NCBI GenBank assembly: GCA_044229975.1
Contig: JBGARZ010000017.1
Coordinates: 32,001 to 96,000 of the forward strand
DNA length: 64,000 nucleotides
Direction: 5' to 3'
DNA from: Polyangiales bacterium
Lineage (GTDB): Bacteria > Myxococcota_A > Polyangia > Polyangiales > Ga0077539
The position numbers and the translations under genes were made by a program. Positions 52,721 through 62,718 of the stretch are shown here, piece by piece. The notes beneath the pieces were generated by a model. That model did no database searches. It saw only the letters and a list, made by a program, of their open reading frames with translations, and was not told where the DNA came from. The number at the start of each line of letters is the position of its first letter. The stretch's first letter is position 1.

Positions 52721-53302
52721 TCAGGGCTCGGCGGTGCCCTGCGGTGCCTTGCCGCTGGGCACGTTGCGGTTGCGGATGGTGACCAGGTACGCGGTCACGG
52801 CGAGCACGCGGTCGGCCCCGAGCTGCGGCCCCCAGGCGGGCATGCCGCGCGCGGTGACCCCTTCGGTGACCGTGCGGTACACCCGGTCGGGCGCCGCGCC
52901 GTGCAGCCACGCCGCGTCGGTGAGGTTGGGCCCGATGCCGCCGCCACCGGTCGCGCCGTGGCAGGCCGCGCAGGTGCTCGCAAACACCCCGGCGCCCTGG
53001 CGCACCGTGGCGTCGTCGCGGGACATCGCCAGCAGCATCGCGGGGGTGATGGTCCCGCGGGCGCGCATCCGAGCGGCCTCGGCGGCGTACACGGCCTGCA
53101 TCTCGCGGTGGAGTGTCTGCCGCGGCGTCTCGGCGACGGCGAAGACCTCGACCCAGTACCAGTACCCGAAGGCGAAGACGATCGTGGCGAAGAGTGCCGT
53201 GAGCCACCAGGTGGGCAGGTCGTTGTCGTACTCCTCGATGCCGTCGTACTCGTGCAGCACGCGGTCGACGTTGGCGTCGGGCGTCACGGCGCGGTCAGTC
53301 AT
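52721..53302 (-). CDS. ccoP: cbb3 oxidase subunit III (single heme)
   Basis: HEYDGIEEYDNDLPTWW, one CAACH, GPNLTD, GMPAW. Confidence 0.92.
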   Translation of the reverse strand: MTDRAVTPDANVDRVLHEYDGIEEYDNDLPTWWLTALFATIVFAFGYWYWVEVFAVAETPRQTLHREMQAVYAAEAARMRARGTITPAMLLAMSRDDATVRQGAGVFASTCAACHGATGGGGIGPNLTDAAWLHGAAPDRVYRTVTEGVTARGMPAWGPQLGADRVLAVTAYLVTIRNRNVPSGKAPQGTAEP

Positions 53303-53468
53303 CGGCGTCCTCCCGGGCGGCGAGCGGCACGGCGGCGGCGCCGTCGAAGTGGGCCGCGCGGCGCAGCACCACCGAGAGCAGCACGGCGGTGAACGCGACG
53401 AGGAAGATCACCAGCGCCGCGAGCGGCAGGGCCAGCAGGGGGCTGTGAGCGAAGAACTCCCGGTACAT
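53295..53468 (-). CDS. ccoQ: CcoQ-like small subunit
   Basis: 57 aa, single TM, ends AAAVPL; lies between ccoNO and ccoP. Confidence 0.65.
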   Translation of the reverse strand: MYREFFAHSPLLALPLAALVIFLVAFTAVLLSVVLRRAAHFDGAAAVPLAAREDADD

Positions 53469-53470
53469 GG

Positions 53471-55825
53471 TCAGTGCGCTCCTTGCGCAGGGGTGGTCGC
53501 GGCGGGGGCCGCGGCGGTCGCGGCGTCGGGCGCGTGGCCCAGTCGCTGGAGATAGGCGATGAGGGCGAGCACCTCGCGGTCGGGCGCGACGCGGGCGCCG
53601 TTGTCGGCGAGGTCGCGGGCGATCTCGGCGGCCTGCGCGCGGGCGTCGGTCACCGCGTTGGCGATGTCGCGGTCGGTGTACGGCACGCCCAGCGTGCGCA
53701 TCGCGGTGAGCTTGTCGGCGGTACGCGAGAGGTCGAGCGGCGCCCGCGCCATGAACGCGTACGGCGGCATGTTGGACCCCGGCGAAGTGGCCCGCGGGTC
53801 GAGCAGGTGGCGGTAGTGCCAGAGGTTGGGGTAGCGGCCGCCCTCGCGCGCGAGGTCGGGCCCGGTGCGCTTGGAGCCCCACTGGAAGGGGTGGTCGAAG
53901 CGCGACTCCTCCGCCGTCGAGGCCTCGCCGTAGCGCAGCGTCTCGAAGCGCAGCGGCCGGATCATCTGCGAGTGGCAGTTGTAGCAACCCTCGCGCAGGT
54001 AGAGGTCGCGCCCCTCCAGCTCCAGCGGGCGGTACGGATGCGCGTGCGTGCCGGCCTCGCTTGCGGGCCGGAGCACGATGGTGGGGATGATCTCCGCGAC
54101 GCCACCGATGAGCACGGCGATCACCGTGAAGACAGTGAAGATGAGCGCGCGTCCTTCCAGGAGACGGTGCCAGGTGGGGCGGCCGTCTTCGCGGGTGAGC
54201 TGGATGCCGAGGGTTCCGCCGAAGGCGACGCAGACGCCCAGCAGCGCCACCGCGAGGCTCGCCACCTGGCTGGTGACGGCCATCGCGCCGAAGAGCACGG
54301 CGCTCAGCGTGACGATGACCACTGGGGCGCTGAAGACCATCGCCGTCCAGCGCACTTCGGGCTCCTCCTTGGGCTCCTCGAAGACCGTCATGGTGCCGTC
54401 GACGGCGTGGCCGCGGCGGGCGGTGGCGACGAGGTTCCAGGCCATGAGGCCCATGCCCGCGAGGTAGAGCGAGCCGCCCGCGAGGCGCATCCAGTACATC
54501 GGCCGCAGCGCGAGCACCGTCTCGATGAAGTTCGGATAGACGAGCGCGCCGGTCGGAGTGAGCGCGCGCCACATGAGGCCCTGGGTGACTCCAGAGACCC
54601 ACATCGAGACGACGTAGAGCAGGATGCCCACCGTCCCGACGTAGAAGTGCAGCTCCGCGGCGGCCTTGGAGTGGAGCTTCGTGCCGTAGAGGCGCGGCAC
54701 CATCCAGTAGAACATCCCGGCGGCCATCAGGCCGTTCCAGCCGAGGGCGCCGGCGTGCACGTGGCCGACGATCCAGTCGGTGTAGTGGGCGAGGCTCGAC
54801 ACGCTACGGATGGAGAGCAGTGGCCCCTCGAAGGTGGCCATCCCGTAGAAGGTGATGCCCGCCGCGAAGAACTTGAGCACCGGCTCTTCGCGCACCTTGG
54901 CCCAGGCGCCGCGCAGCGTGAGCAGGCCGTTGAGCATGCCGCCCCAGCTCGGCGCCCAGAGCATCACGCTGAAGATCATCCCCAGCGTCTGCGCCCACTC
55001 GGGCAGCGCGGTGAACAGCAGGTGGTGCGGCCCCGCCCAGATGTACATGAACACCAGGGCCCAGAAGTGGATGATCGAGAGCCGGTACGAGTAGACCGGG
55101 CGCTCGGCCGCCTTCGGCACGAAGTAGTACATGATCCCGAGCACCGGGGTGGTCAGGAAGAAGGCGACGGCGTTGTGGCCGTACCACCACTGCACCAGTG
55201 CGTCCTGCACGCCGCCGAAGATCGAGTAGCTCTTGAAGGGCGAGACCGGCAGCGCGAGCGCGTTGACGACGTGCAGCACCGTCACGGTGACGATGGTCGC
55301 GATGTAGAACCACACCGCGACGTACAGGTGCTTCTCGCGGCGGCGCGCGAGGGTCCAGAAGAAGTTGATGGCGAAGACGACCCACACCGCGGCGATGGCG
55401 AGGTCGATGGGCCACTCCAGCTCCGCGTACTCCTTGCCCTGCGTGATGCCGAGCGGGAGCGTGACGGCGGCCGCGACGATGATGGCCTGCCAGCCCCAGA
55501 AGTGGATCTTGGCGAGGAGGTCGGACGGCAGCCGCGCCTTCACGAGGCGCTGGGTGGAGTAGTAGATCCCGCTGAAGATCATGTTGCCCACGAACGCGAA
55601 GATCACGGCGTTGGTGTGCAGCGGGCGCAGGCGACCGAAGGAGAGGTGCGGGTCGACGTTGGCCCGCCACCACGCCATCTGAAGGGCGATGAGCGCGCCC
55701 ACGGACATGCCGATGAGCCCCCAGAAGACGGAGGCCCAGAGGAACTTTCGCGCGACGTCGTCGTTGTAGACGATGCGGGTGCCGACGAGGCTCGGCCGGG
55801 GCGGTTCGAGGTCGGATGTGCTCAC
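53471..55825 (-). CDS. ccoNO: Fused cbb3 oxidase subunits I/II
   Basis: RLRPLHTN, WWYGHNAVAF, AGPHHL, GHVHAG; CYNCHSQMIRP, WGSKRTGPDL. Confidence 0.96.
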   Translation of the reverse strand: MSTSDLEPPRPSLVGTRIVYNDDVARKFLWASVFWGLIGMSVGALIALQMAWWRANVDPHLSFGRLRPLHTNAVIFAFVGNMIFSGIYYSTQRLVKARLPSDLLAKIHFWGWQAIIVAAAVTLPLGITQGKEYAELEWPIDLAIAAVWVVFAINFFWTLARRREKHLYVAVWFYIATIVTVTVLHVVNALALPVSPFKSYSIFGGVQDALVQWWYGHNAVAFFLTTPVLGIMYYFVPKAAERPVYSYRLSIIHFWALVFMYIWAGPHHLLFTALPEWAQTLGMIFSVMLWAPSWGGMLNGLLTLRGAWAKVREEPVLKFFAAGITFYGMATFEGPLLSIRSVSSLAHYTDWIVGHVHAGALGWNGLMAAGMFYWMVPRLYGTKLHSKAAAELHFYVGTVGILLYVVSMWVSGVTQGLMWRALTPTGALVYPNFIETVLALRPMYWMRLAGGSLYLAGMGLMAWNLVATARRGHAVDGTMTVFEEPKEEPEVRWTAMVFSAPVVIVTLSAVLFGAMAVTSQVASLAVALLGVCVAFGGTLGIQLTREDGRPTWHRLLEGRALIFTVFTVIAVLIGGVAEIIPTIVLRPASEAGTHAHPYRPLELEGRDLYLREGCYNCHSQMIRPLRFETLRYGEASTAEESRFDHPFQWGSKRTGPDLAREGGRYPNLWHYRHLLDPRATSPGSNMPPYAFMARAPLDLSRTADKLTAMRTLGVPYTDRDIANAVTDARAQAAEIARDLADNGARVAPDREVLALIAYLQRLGHAPDAATAAAPAATTPAQGAH

Positions 55826-56004
55826 GGGATATCGGCTCCTGAGGGTGTGCGGGGAGAGGGTTGAGCGTCGTCGTCGCCGAGGGGCGCGAGGGCGAGGCGG
55901 TCGGCGTGGTCGAGGTCGCGCTGGCGCGCCGAGTACGCGAAGAGGAGCAGCGCACCGGCCACCAGCGCGAGGCTCACGAAGACCTGGAGGACGAGGACTT
56001 CCAA
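55822..56004 (-). CDS. ccoS: cbb3 oxidase maturation protein CcoS
   Basis: MEVLVLQVFVSL..., single TM then D-rich tail; between ccoI and ccoN. Confidence 0.78.
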   Translation of the reverse strand: MEVLVLQVFVSLALVAGALLLFAYSARQRDLDHADRLALAPLGDDDAQPSPRTPSGADIP

Positions 56005-58412
56005 AGGGGGCTCCGGGAGGAGAGCGAGGCGACGGTGGCCAGCAGGATGCTGAGCGAGCTCGCGGGCATCACCACCGCGCAGAGCAGCGGCGACATGCGG
56101 CCCGCGAGCGCGAGTCCGACCGTGACGGCGTTGTATGCGAGCGCGATGCCGAGGTTGCGGCGGTGGATGCGGGCGAGGGCGTGCGCCGCGCGCAACGCGA
56201 GCCCGACGGGGCGCAGGCCCGCCGTGACGACGTAGAAGTCCGTGCGCGCGGGCATGAACGGCCGGTCGATGGCGGGCGTGCCGGAGCAGAACGCGCGCTC
56301 GACGGCGAGGGCGTCGTTGATGCCGTCGCCGACCATGAGCGTGTCGTGCAGATCGTGCGCCTCCAGCCAGCGGGCCTTGTCGTCCGGCGAGAGTCCCCCG
56401 ATGGCGCGCTCCGCGGGGACGCCCAACGCGACGGCCATGGACGACACCCGTCCGGGCGCGTCGCCGCTCAGGATCCAGACCTCGTATCCCTCGGCGGTGA
56501 GCTGCGCGAGCTCGGCCCGGGCGCCCGGGCGGAGCACCTCCTCGGTGCGCATGCGAGCGAGCGCGACCCGGTCGACAGAGAAGACGAGATCACCGTCGGT
56601 CGCGGCCGCCGCGGCGGCCCACGCGGGCTCGCCGAGGCGGTACACGTGGTCGCGCGTGCTGAGCTCGACGCCGCGCCCGGCGAGCTCGCGCACGTCGAGC
56701 GAGTCGTCGAAGCGGAGGCCGTTGTCCGGCAGCGCCGTGCGCACCGCGAGGCTCTTCGGGTGGGTGCTGCGGACGGCGAGGTTGTAGAGGGCGGCGCGGT
56801 CGTCGGGCGCGAGCGCGTCGAGCGCCGCGGGGTCGGCGAGGCGGAGGGCGCCGGTGGTGAGCGTCCCGGTCTTGTCGAAGACGACGCGCCGCACGGCCGT
56901 GGCGCGGTCGAGGAAGCTCGGCGAGCGCACGAAGAGGCCCGCGCGCCGCAGGCCCGCCTGCGCGAGCTCGTAGGCCATCGGGGTCGCGATGCCGAAGGCG
57001 CACGGGCAGGTGACGATGAGGACGGCCGTCGCGACTTCCATCGCGCGTTGCGGGTCATTCGTCACGACGGTCCAGCCGATGAATCCCAGCGCGGCGAGGG
57101 AGAGCACGCCGACGACCCATGCGGCGGCGAGGCGACGCCACCACGGGGTCGCGCGTGCGGCGTCGGCTCGGGGGACGGGGTTGCGTAGCAGGCCCACGAG
57201 CGGCGAGCCCGCGAAGTCGGTCGACGCGCCCACCCGCACCGCTCGTTGGCCCAGGTTGAAGGCGCCCGCGGGGACGGCCTCGCCGCGGACGAAGGCGCGC
57301 GGGGCGCTCTCGCCCGAGATCCAGTCGAGGGAGCAGCTCGCCTCGTCATCGAGGAGCGCGCCGTCGACCGGGACGACGTCACCCGGCGCGATGAGCATCA
57401 TGTCGCCCGCCGCGACCTCGCGGCACGGGACGAGCGACACCGCGCCGTCGCGCACCCGGCGGGTGAGCAGGCCGTCGATGCCGTCGGAGGCGAGGAGGTA
57501 GTGGCGGTTGCGCTCCAGCACCCGCTCCTGGAGCCAGCGGCCCGCGAGCATGAGGGTGATGAAGGTCGAGAGCGTGTCGAAGTAGGCGCCGCGCCCGTCG
57601 CGCCCGGCGGCGAAGGCCCAGGTCGACCCGGCGAAGGTGAGCACGATCCCGAGCGCGATGGGCAGGTCGAGGTGCACGACCCGGCGCCGCACGGCCTGCC
57701 ACGCCGAACGCAGAAACACCGACCCGCCGACCGAGACGCTCGCCAGGGCCAGGAGGAAGGAGAGCCACGCGAAGAGCGAGTGCACGGGTCCGGTGCGCAG
57801 CCCAAGGTAGAGCGGGAGCGAGAAGATCATCCCGTTGACGGTGAGGGCCGCGCACACGCCGAGGCGCGTGAGCAGCGTGCGCGAGGGCTGCGTCTCGGCT
57901 TTGAGCGGCGGTCCCAGCGCGTAGCCGAAGGACTCGACGTCGCGCACGTAGGCGCGCAATCGGAAGGTGCGGGTGACGGTGAGCGAGACGCGCCCGACGC
58001 CCGGGTTGACGACGTCGCGGAGCGCGCCGGGCTGGCGGCGGAAGAGCTCGCCCAGCAGCCACACGCAGGCCGCGCAGTGGAGGCCCTGCACGTCGAGCTC
58101 GACGCGGCACACGCCCTCGGCGGCGGCCACCCGAGCCTCGATCGACTCCAACCATTTCAGGTCGTGCGCCGAAGACCCCGTCGCAGCGACCGGCGCGCCC
58201 GAGGTGCCCTGGAGGTCGTAGTAGCGGGTGAGCCCCTGGGCCTGGAGCAGATGGTGAACCGCCTCGCAGCCCGTGCAGCAGTAGGGTCCCTCATCGCCCG
58301 CGAGGGCTGTCCCGCAGTGGAGGCAGAGGGTCTCGTCGATGCCCGCGCCCGAGGCGCGCCGCGAGGCAGCGTCGTCAGCGGGGGCGGACGACGTGACAGG
58401 CTCGGTCTGCAT
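55974..58412 (-). CDS. ccoI: Heavy-metal (Cu) P1B-type ATPase CcoI
   Basis: CLHC...CCTGC, CAAC, SGES, CPC, DKTGTLT, GDGINDA. Confidence 0.92.
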   Translation of the reverse strand: MQTEPVTSSAPADDAASRRASGAGIDETLCLHCGTALAGDEGPYCCTGCEAVHHLLQAQGLTRYYDLQGTSGAPVAATGSSAHDLKWLESIEARVAAAEGVCRVELDVQGLHCAACVWLLGELFRRQPGALRDVVNPGVGRVSLTVTRTFRLRAYVRDVESFGYALGPPLKAETQPSRTLLTRLGVCAALTVNGMIFSLPLYLGLRTGPVHSLFAWLSFLLALASVSVGGSVFLRSAWQAVRRRVVHLDLPIALGIVLTFAGSTWAFAAGRDGRGAYFDTLSTFITLMLAGRWLQERVLERNRHYLLASDGIDGLLTRRVRDGAVSLVPCREVAAGDMMLIAPGDVVPVDGALLDDEASCSLDWISGESAPRAFVRGEAVPAGAFNLGQRAVRVGASTDFAGSPLVGLLRNPVPRADAARATPWWRRLAAAWVVGVLSLAALGFIGWTVVTNDPQRAMEVATAVLIVTCPCAFGIATPMAYELAQAGLRRAGLFVRSPSFLDRATAVRRVVFDKTGTLTTGALRLADPAALDALAPDDRAALYNLAVRSTHPKSLAVRTALPDNGLRFDDSLDVRELAGRGVELSTRDHVYRLGEPAWAAAAAATDGDLVFSVDRVALARMRTEEVLRPGARAELAQLTAEGYEVWILSGDAPGRVSSMAVALGVPAERAIGGLSPDDKARWLEAHDLHDTLMVGDGINDALAVERAFCSGTPAIDRPFMPARTDFYVVTAGLRPVGLALRAAHALARIHRRNLGIALAYNAVTVGLALAGRMSPLLCAVVMPASSLSILLATVASLSSRSPLWKSSSSRSS

Positions 58413-58998
58413 GACGGAGCCGCTCAGCAAGGGGGAGGCCGGACGCGTCGGCCCGCGGGTTCGCGACGCTCGACGAAGGTTGGCGCAAGGCGTGCGCCTG
58501 ACACGCGAGACCTGCGCCTGCCGGGGGTGCAGCGTGGTCGTGCTTCGGGGAGCTGCTCGCGACAGGGGTGGCCGTGACGTCGTCTCCGGAGCCCGCGCGG
58601 TCGACCGCGGCGAGCACGTCGGCCGGCAGACGCGCCTCGCACCACGGGAACAGCTCGCGCTCCTCGAAGCGGACGTGCTCGCGGAGCAGAGCCGCGAACA
58701 TCGCCGCCGCCCTGCGATCGCCGCCCGCGGAGGCCTCGACGAATGCGCGCACCGCGGCGTGCTCGCGCTCGACCCGCAGGGCGAGGGCGTCGCCGCCGAA
58801 CAGGCGTAGCGCGGGCAGCAGGACCGACTCCTCGACGCGGAAGTGGGGCTCCAGCTCGCGTTCGAAGTGCGCGCTCAGCGCTGGACCGAGGGAGGGGTCC
58901 ATGGGCACAGCAATGGCCCGGCGCGCGACATCGCGGGCCAGTACGAGCGCGCGGTGGTGCTCTGCGGAGAGGCGATGGAGTCGGGGGTCGCGGATCAC
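58375..58998 (-). CDS. Hemerythrin-domain protein (C-terminal tail runs over the cco promoter; true end may be earlier)
   Basis: LSAEHH, HFRVEE, EH, HVRFEERELF; GTGA overlap at 58998. Confidence 0.8.
   Translation of the reverse strand: MIRDPRLHRLSAEHHRALVLARDVARRAIAVPMDPSLGPALSAHFERELEPHFRVEESVLLPALRLFGGDALALRVEREHAAVRAFVEASAGGDRRAAAMFAALLREHVRFEERELFPWCEARLPADVLAAVDRAGSGDDVTATPVASSSPKHDHAAPPAGAGLACQAHALRQPSSSVANPRADASGLPLAERLRHADRACHVVRPR
58426..58441 (-). promoter_or_regulatory. Putative sigma54 -24/-12 promoter of the cco operon
   Basis: CGGCCTCCCCCTTGCT. Confidence 0.55.
58483..58517. promoter_or_regulatory. Tandem enhancer sites (GCGCA-N5-TGCGC)
   Basis: GCGCAaggcgTGCGC and ACGCGagaccTGCGC, 20 bp apart. 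Confidence 0.65.
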
Positions 58999-59801
58999 CG
59001 ACTCCACTCGACCGACGCGGCGTTCGGCGACGACGTCGCGAGCGCGGGCAGCGGGTCGGCCGAACGCTCGATCGACCGGAAGTACCTCGTGGAGAGGCCT
59101 GCCCCGACGAGGCCGAGTAGCGCGAACGCGACGGCCCGCGCGGGTTCGCCGTGGAGGGTGGTCGAGGCCACCGCGAACGCGGACAGCGTGGCGGAGGGGA
59201 GCAGCACCCCAGCAAGCACGAAACCCCAGGGCTTGCGCCGTCCGAGCGCCGCGCTCACGAGAAGAATGACGGGCAGCACGAGCGTCACATCGAGCACACG
59301 CAGCAGGGTCCCGTCGGCCGCTGAGCCCGAGGAGGCCAGGACAACGGCGGCAAGCGCGAGGAAGGCGGCGACGGAACGCGCCGGGGCACGCGCGCCGAAG
59401 GCGGACTTCACGGCGTCGGCGTCGACGTCGAGCAGCAGGTCGAGCAGGGCATAGAGGCCTGCGGCGACGAGGGCGACGTGCGCGGGGACGAACGGCGCGT
59501 CGTGGGCCCCGAGAACGGCCCGCGCGGACGAGGACGTCAGGTGGGCAAGTGCGCCCATCCAGAGCAGGCGACCCGCGAGCGAGCCACGGCGCGCGAGCCA
59601 GGTCGCGCCCAGCAATAGCGGCAGACCGACGAGAAGATCGACGACACCTCGCCCCAGGAGTGCGGTCTCCGGCGCATCGAGGCGTGCGACCGTGAGCGCG
59701 AAGAGACCTGCGCCCGCGACCGAGAGAGCAGTGGGCAGGTCGAGCGGGTTCGCCTCGGAGCGAGACGAGATGTCGAGCGGGGCATCGTAGGAGAGCGTCA
59801 T
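58995..59801 (-). CDS. Multi-pass membrane hypothetical protein
   Basis: About 7-8 hydrophobic helices; GSLAGRLLWMG, RRKPWG. Confidence 0.65.
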   Translation of the reverse strand: MTLSYDAPLDISSRSEANPLDLPTALSVAGAGLFALTVARLDAPETALLGRGVVDLLVGLPLLLGATWLARRGSLAGRLLWMGALAHLTSSSARAVLGAHDAPFVPAHVALVAAGLYALLDLLLDVDADAVKSAFGARAPARSVAAFLALAAVVLASSGSAADGTLLRVLDVTLVLPVILLVSAALGRRKPWGFVLAGVLLPSATLSAFAVASTTLHGEPARAVAFALLGLVGAGLSTRYFRSIERSADPLPALATSSPNAASVEWSR

Positions 59802-59850
59802 GGCCAGAACCTCTGGCGCGAACGCAATGCAGGGCCCGCGCCGATCGCAA

Positions 59851-59866
59851 CGGCACACCCCGTGCT
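59851..59866 (+). promoter_or_regulatory. Putative sigma54 -24/-12 promoter
   Basis: CGGCACACCCCGTGCT upstream of 59879. Confidence 0.55.
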
Positions 59867-59878
59867 CCGCGGGCCGCA

Positions 59879-60424
59879 GTGACCACCCTCGATCTCGCTA
59901 CCACCACTCGTCAGGCCGCCGATCACTACCGACACCTGCACGACGACGTGGAGCGGATCACCGGGAGTCGTCGCGGCGCGTCCGAGGCCGACGACCCGTC
60001 GGCGCCTCCGCTGGTCGAGGTGATGCCGCGGGTGTCGATCGCGCCGTGGGGCACCGAGCCTGCGGCGAGCGCCGACCTCGTGTCCGAGCGGGTGCTGGGC
60101 GAAGGGGGGATGGGCGTCGTGCTGCTTCTCCTGCGCTGCCTGGCCGGGGCGATGGCCAACCGCGCGGGCCGGGTGCTCATCGCGATGCCCTTCATGGCGC
60201 AGGGCGGCGCCCTGGTGAGCCTCTGGGTGGGATCGCGCCTGGGCCTCTCACCCAGCGCGCCGACGGTGTTCGCGCTGCTGGTGGTGTCGGCGACGACGCT
60301 GGCGGAGACCGTCGCGAGCGCGTCATGGCCCGCACATGCCTTCGACATCGCGGCCCTGGCGTGCGGCTGCGCCTGCGTCGAGGTCGCGCTCTTCTTCCGC
60401 GCCTTCGCCCGCGCCGAGGTCTGA
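59879..60424 (+). pseudogene. Internally deleted Ser/Thr protein kinase remnant
   Basis: ERVLGEGGMGVV (kinase subdomain I) followed directly by TM helices; no VAxK, HRD or DFG. Confidence 0.5.
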
Positions 60425-61327
60425 GGCGAGCGCGAGACCGTCCGCGCCGGGCTCGACGTGCACGACGACGCGCAGTCCGGGCTCCCACGCCCGGAGCGCC
60501 TCTTCGATCAGATCGCAGATGGCGTGGGCCTCGCGCACCGACATCGCGCCCGGCACCTTGAGGCGCAGGTCGCAGTGCCCGTCGGGCCCCGCCCGTCGGA
60601 GACGGAATCCCTCCACCGCGAGCGCGCCCCGCTCCCTCGCGACGCGCTCGGCGATCGCCCGCCCCCGCGCGACCTCCTCCTCGTCGAGGACCTCGTCCAT
60701 CAGCCCGCCCACCGAGCGCCGCACGAGCTTCCATCCCACCCACAGGATGTTGAGGGCGACGCCGCAGGCGAGGAGCGGGTCGAGCCACCACCGCCCCGTC
60801 GCCCACGCGAGCGCGACCCCCACGAGGACGCCCGCCGTCGTCACGACGTCGGTCAGGACGTGTCGCCCGTCCGCCGTCAGGGCCGGGGAGCGCAACTGTT
60901 TGCCCGCGCGCAGCAGGCTCCACGCGAGCGCGGCGTTGAGCGCGGACGCGGCCGTCGAGACGAGCAGCGCGATGCCCACGGTGGGGAGGGCGACGGGGTG
61001 CAGGAGTCGTCCCCACGCTGCGCGGATCGTGAGCATCGCGGCCACCACGATGAGCGCGCCCTCCAGCACTGCGGAGAGGTACTCCGCCTTGCCATGGCCG
61101 TAGGGATGGTCGCGGTCCTCGGGGCGGTGCGCGATGCGTACGGCGAAGGCCATGGCGATCGCCGCCACGACGTTGACGATGGACTCGAGAGCGTCGGAGA
61201 GCAGCGCGACCGAGCCCGTCAGCCGCCAGGCGACGCCCTTCAGCGCGAGCACCGCGACGCCGGTCGCCACGCTCCAGCGGGCGAAGCGTTCGGCGGGGTG
61301 CAACAGGGGCCGTGGCGTCGGTGGCAT
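60323..61327 (-). CDS. Cation diffusion facilitator transporter
   Basis: SVALLSDALES, DRDHPYGHGKAEY, HVLTD, EAHAICD, VHVEP. Confidence 0.92.
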   Translation of the reverse strand: MPPTPRPLLHPAERFARWSVATGVAVLALKGVAWRLTGSVALLSDALESIVNVVAAIAMAFAVRIAHRPEDRDHPYGHGKAEYLSAVLEGALIVVAAMLTIRAAWGRLLHPVALPTVGIALLVSTAASALNAALAWSLLRAGKQLRSPALTADGRHVLTDVVTTAGVLVGVALAWATGRWWLDPLLACGVALNILWVGWKLVRRSVGGLMDEVLDEEEVARGRAIAERVARERGALAVEGFRLRRAGPDGHCDLRLKVPGAMSVREAHAICDLIEEALRAWEPGLRVVVHVEPGADGLALASDLGAGEGAEEERDLDAGAAARQGRDVEGMCGP

Positions 61328-61430
61328 CGGTCCTCGGGGGTGATGCATGCGCTGGGCTACGAGGTGCGTCGAGGGGCACCGCGGAGGTGAGCACGCTTCT
61401 CGCTTGAGGCCGCCGACGGAGGAGAGACCC

Positions 61431-61865
61431 ATGATTCAACCGTTCAAGAAGATACTCGTCGCGACGGACTTCAGCGAGCCCGCCGGACGCGCGGTGGAGC
61501 GCGCTTGCGACCTCGCGCGGAGGTTCGACGCGGCGCTGCACGTGGTCCACGTCTGGGAGGCGCCGTTGATCGTGGGCGGCGCCATCGCGGGATACGACAC
61601 CGACTGGGTCACCCTCGTGGAGGAGAGTGCGCGATCCCGCCTGAGCGCAGTGGTCGGGGGTCTTGAGGGGAGCGGCGTCGTGGTCACGTCAACGCTATGC
61701 AGCGGCGCCGCGTGGGACCGCATCGTCGCCCTGGTGCCCGAGCACGGAGCCGATCTCGTGGTCGTCGGTACCCACGGACGCACCGGCCTCAGCCGCGCGT
61801 TCATGGGGAGCGTCGCCGAGCGGGTGGTCCGGCACTCGCCGGTCGCCGTGCTCACGGTTCGTTGA
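61431..61865 (+). CDS. Universal stress protein
   Basis: KILVATDFS, VVGTHGRTG...MGSVAERVVRHS. Confidence 0.93.
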   Translation: MIQPFKKILVATDFSEPAGRAVERACDLARRFDAALHVVHVWEAPLIVGGAIAGYDTDWVTLVEESARSRLSAVVGGLEGSGVVVTSTLCSGAAWDRIVALVPEHGADLVVVGTHGRTGLSRAFMGSVAERVVRHSPVAVLTVR

Positions 61866-61886
61866 TCGGTCGGGCGCGCGAACGGG

Positions 61887-62711
61887 CTACCGCGTCGTGC
61901 GCCCGGGCGTCCTCGCGCCGTCGAGGAACTCTCGCACGACGGGGGCGGTGCTCGCCTCGATGCTCTCGACGGGGCCGATGGCCACGACCCGCCCCTCGTG
62001 GAGGAGCGCGATGCGATCGGCGACGCGTGAGGCCAGCGCGAGGTCGTGAGTGACGACCACCGAGGTGACCTTCAACTGCTCGCGCAGGGACGCGATGAGG
62101 TCGCCAATGCGGCTGCTATTGATCGGGTCGAGGCCCGTCGTCGGTTCGTCGTAGAGGACGACCTCGGGGCGCAACGCGATGGTGCGCGCCACGCCCACGC
62201 GCTTGCGCATGCCCCCGGAGAGCTCGGCGGGCATCAGCGGCCCGGCGTCGGCGAGCCCCACCGCGCCGAGGGCCCACGCCACGCGCTCATCGACCGCGTC
62301 GGGCTTCATGCCGCGACGCCCCTCCACCCGGAGGCCGTAGGCCACGTTGTCGGCGACCGAGAGCGAGTCGAAGAGCGCCGCGCCCTGGAACACCATCCCG
62401 ACGTTGCGGCGCACCGAGGCCAGCTCGCGGGACGTGGCGCGCTCGACGTGGAGGTCGTGCCAGAGGACCTCGCCGCGGTCGACGGGCAGCAGCCCGATGA
62501 TGAGCTTGAGCAGCACGCTCTTGCCGCACCCGGACGGCCCGAGGAGCGCGAGCACCTCGCCGCGACGCACGTCGAGGTCGAGGTCGCGAAACACCTCCTT
62601 CGGACCGAAGCTCTTCCAGACGCCGCGCACCCTCAGGACCACCTCCGCGGGTGTGGCGGTCGACGGCTGGGGCGGGTCGCGCGGGACCCGGTCGGACGTC
62701 GCAGCGTTCAC
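61887..62711 (-). CDS. ABC transporter ATP-binding protein (MlaF/Mkl-like); start uncertain
   Basis: GPSGCGKS, FQGAALFDSL, LSGGMRKRV, YDEPTTGLDP, VTHD. Confidence 0.9.
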   Translation of the reverse strand: MNAATSDRVPRDPPQPSTATPAEVVLRVRGVWKSFGPKEVFRDLDLDVRRGEVLALLGPSGCGKSVLLKLIIGLLPVDRGEVLWHDLHVERATSRELASVRRNVGMVFQGAALFDSLSVADNVAYGLRVEGRRGMKPDAVDERVAWALGAVGLADAGPLMPAELSGGMRKRVGVARTIALRPEVVLYDEPTTGLDPINSSRIGDLIASLREQLKVTSVVVTHDLALASRVADRIALLHEGRVVAIGPVESIEASTAPVVREFLDGARTPGRTTR

Positions 62712-62718
62712 GTTGGCG

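Noticed and set aside
58484..58499. AGGCGCACGCCTTGCG as the sigma54 promoter of ccoI
   Set aside because: It coincides with a perfect GCGCA-N5-TGCGC enhancer that has a partner 20 bp away; a better-placed promoter lies at 58426-58441.
59828..59843. CGGCGCGGGCCCTGCA as a minus-strand sigma54 promoter
   Set aside because: Correct GG-N10-GC spacing but poor -24 match, and it overlaps an enhancer-like sequence; ambiguous in GC-rich DNA.
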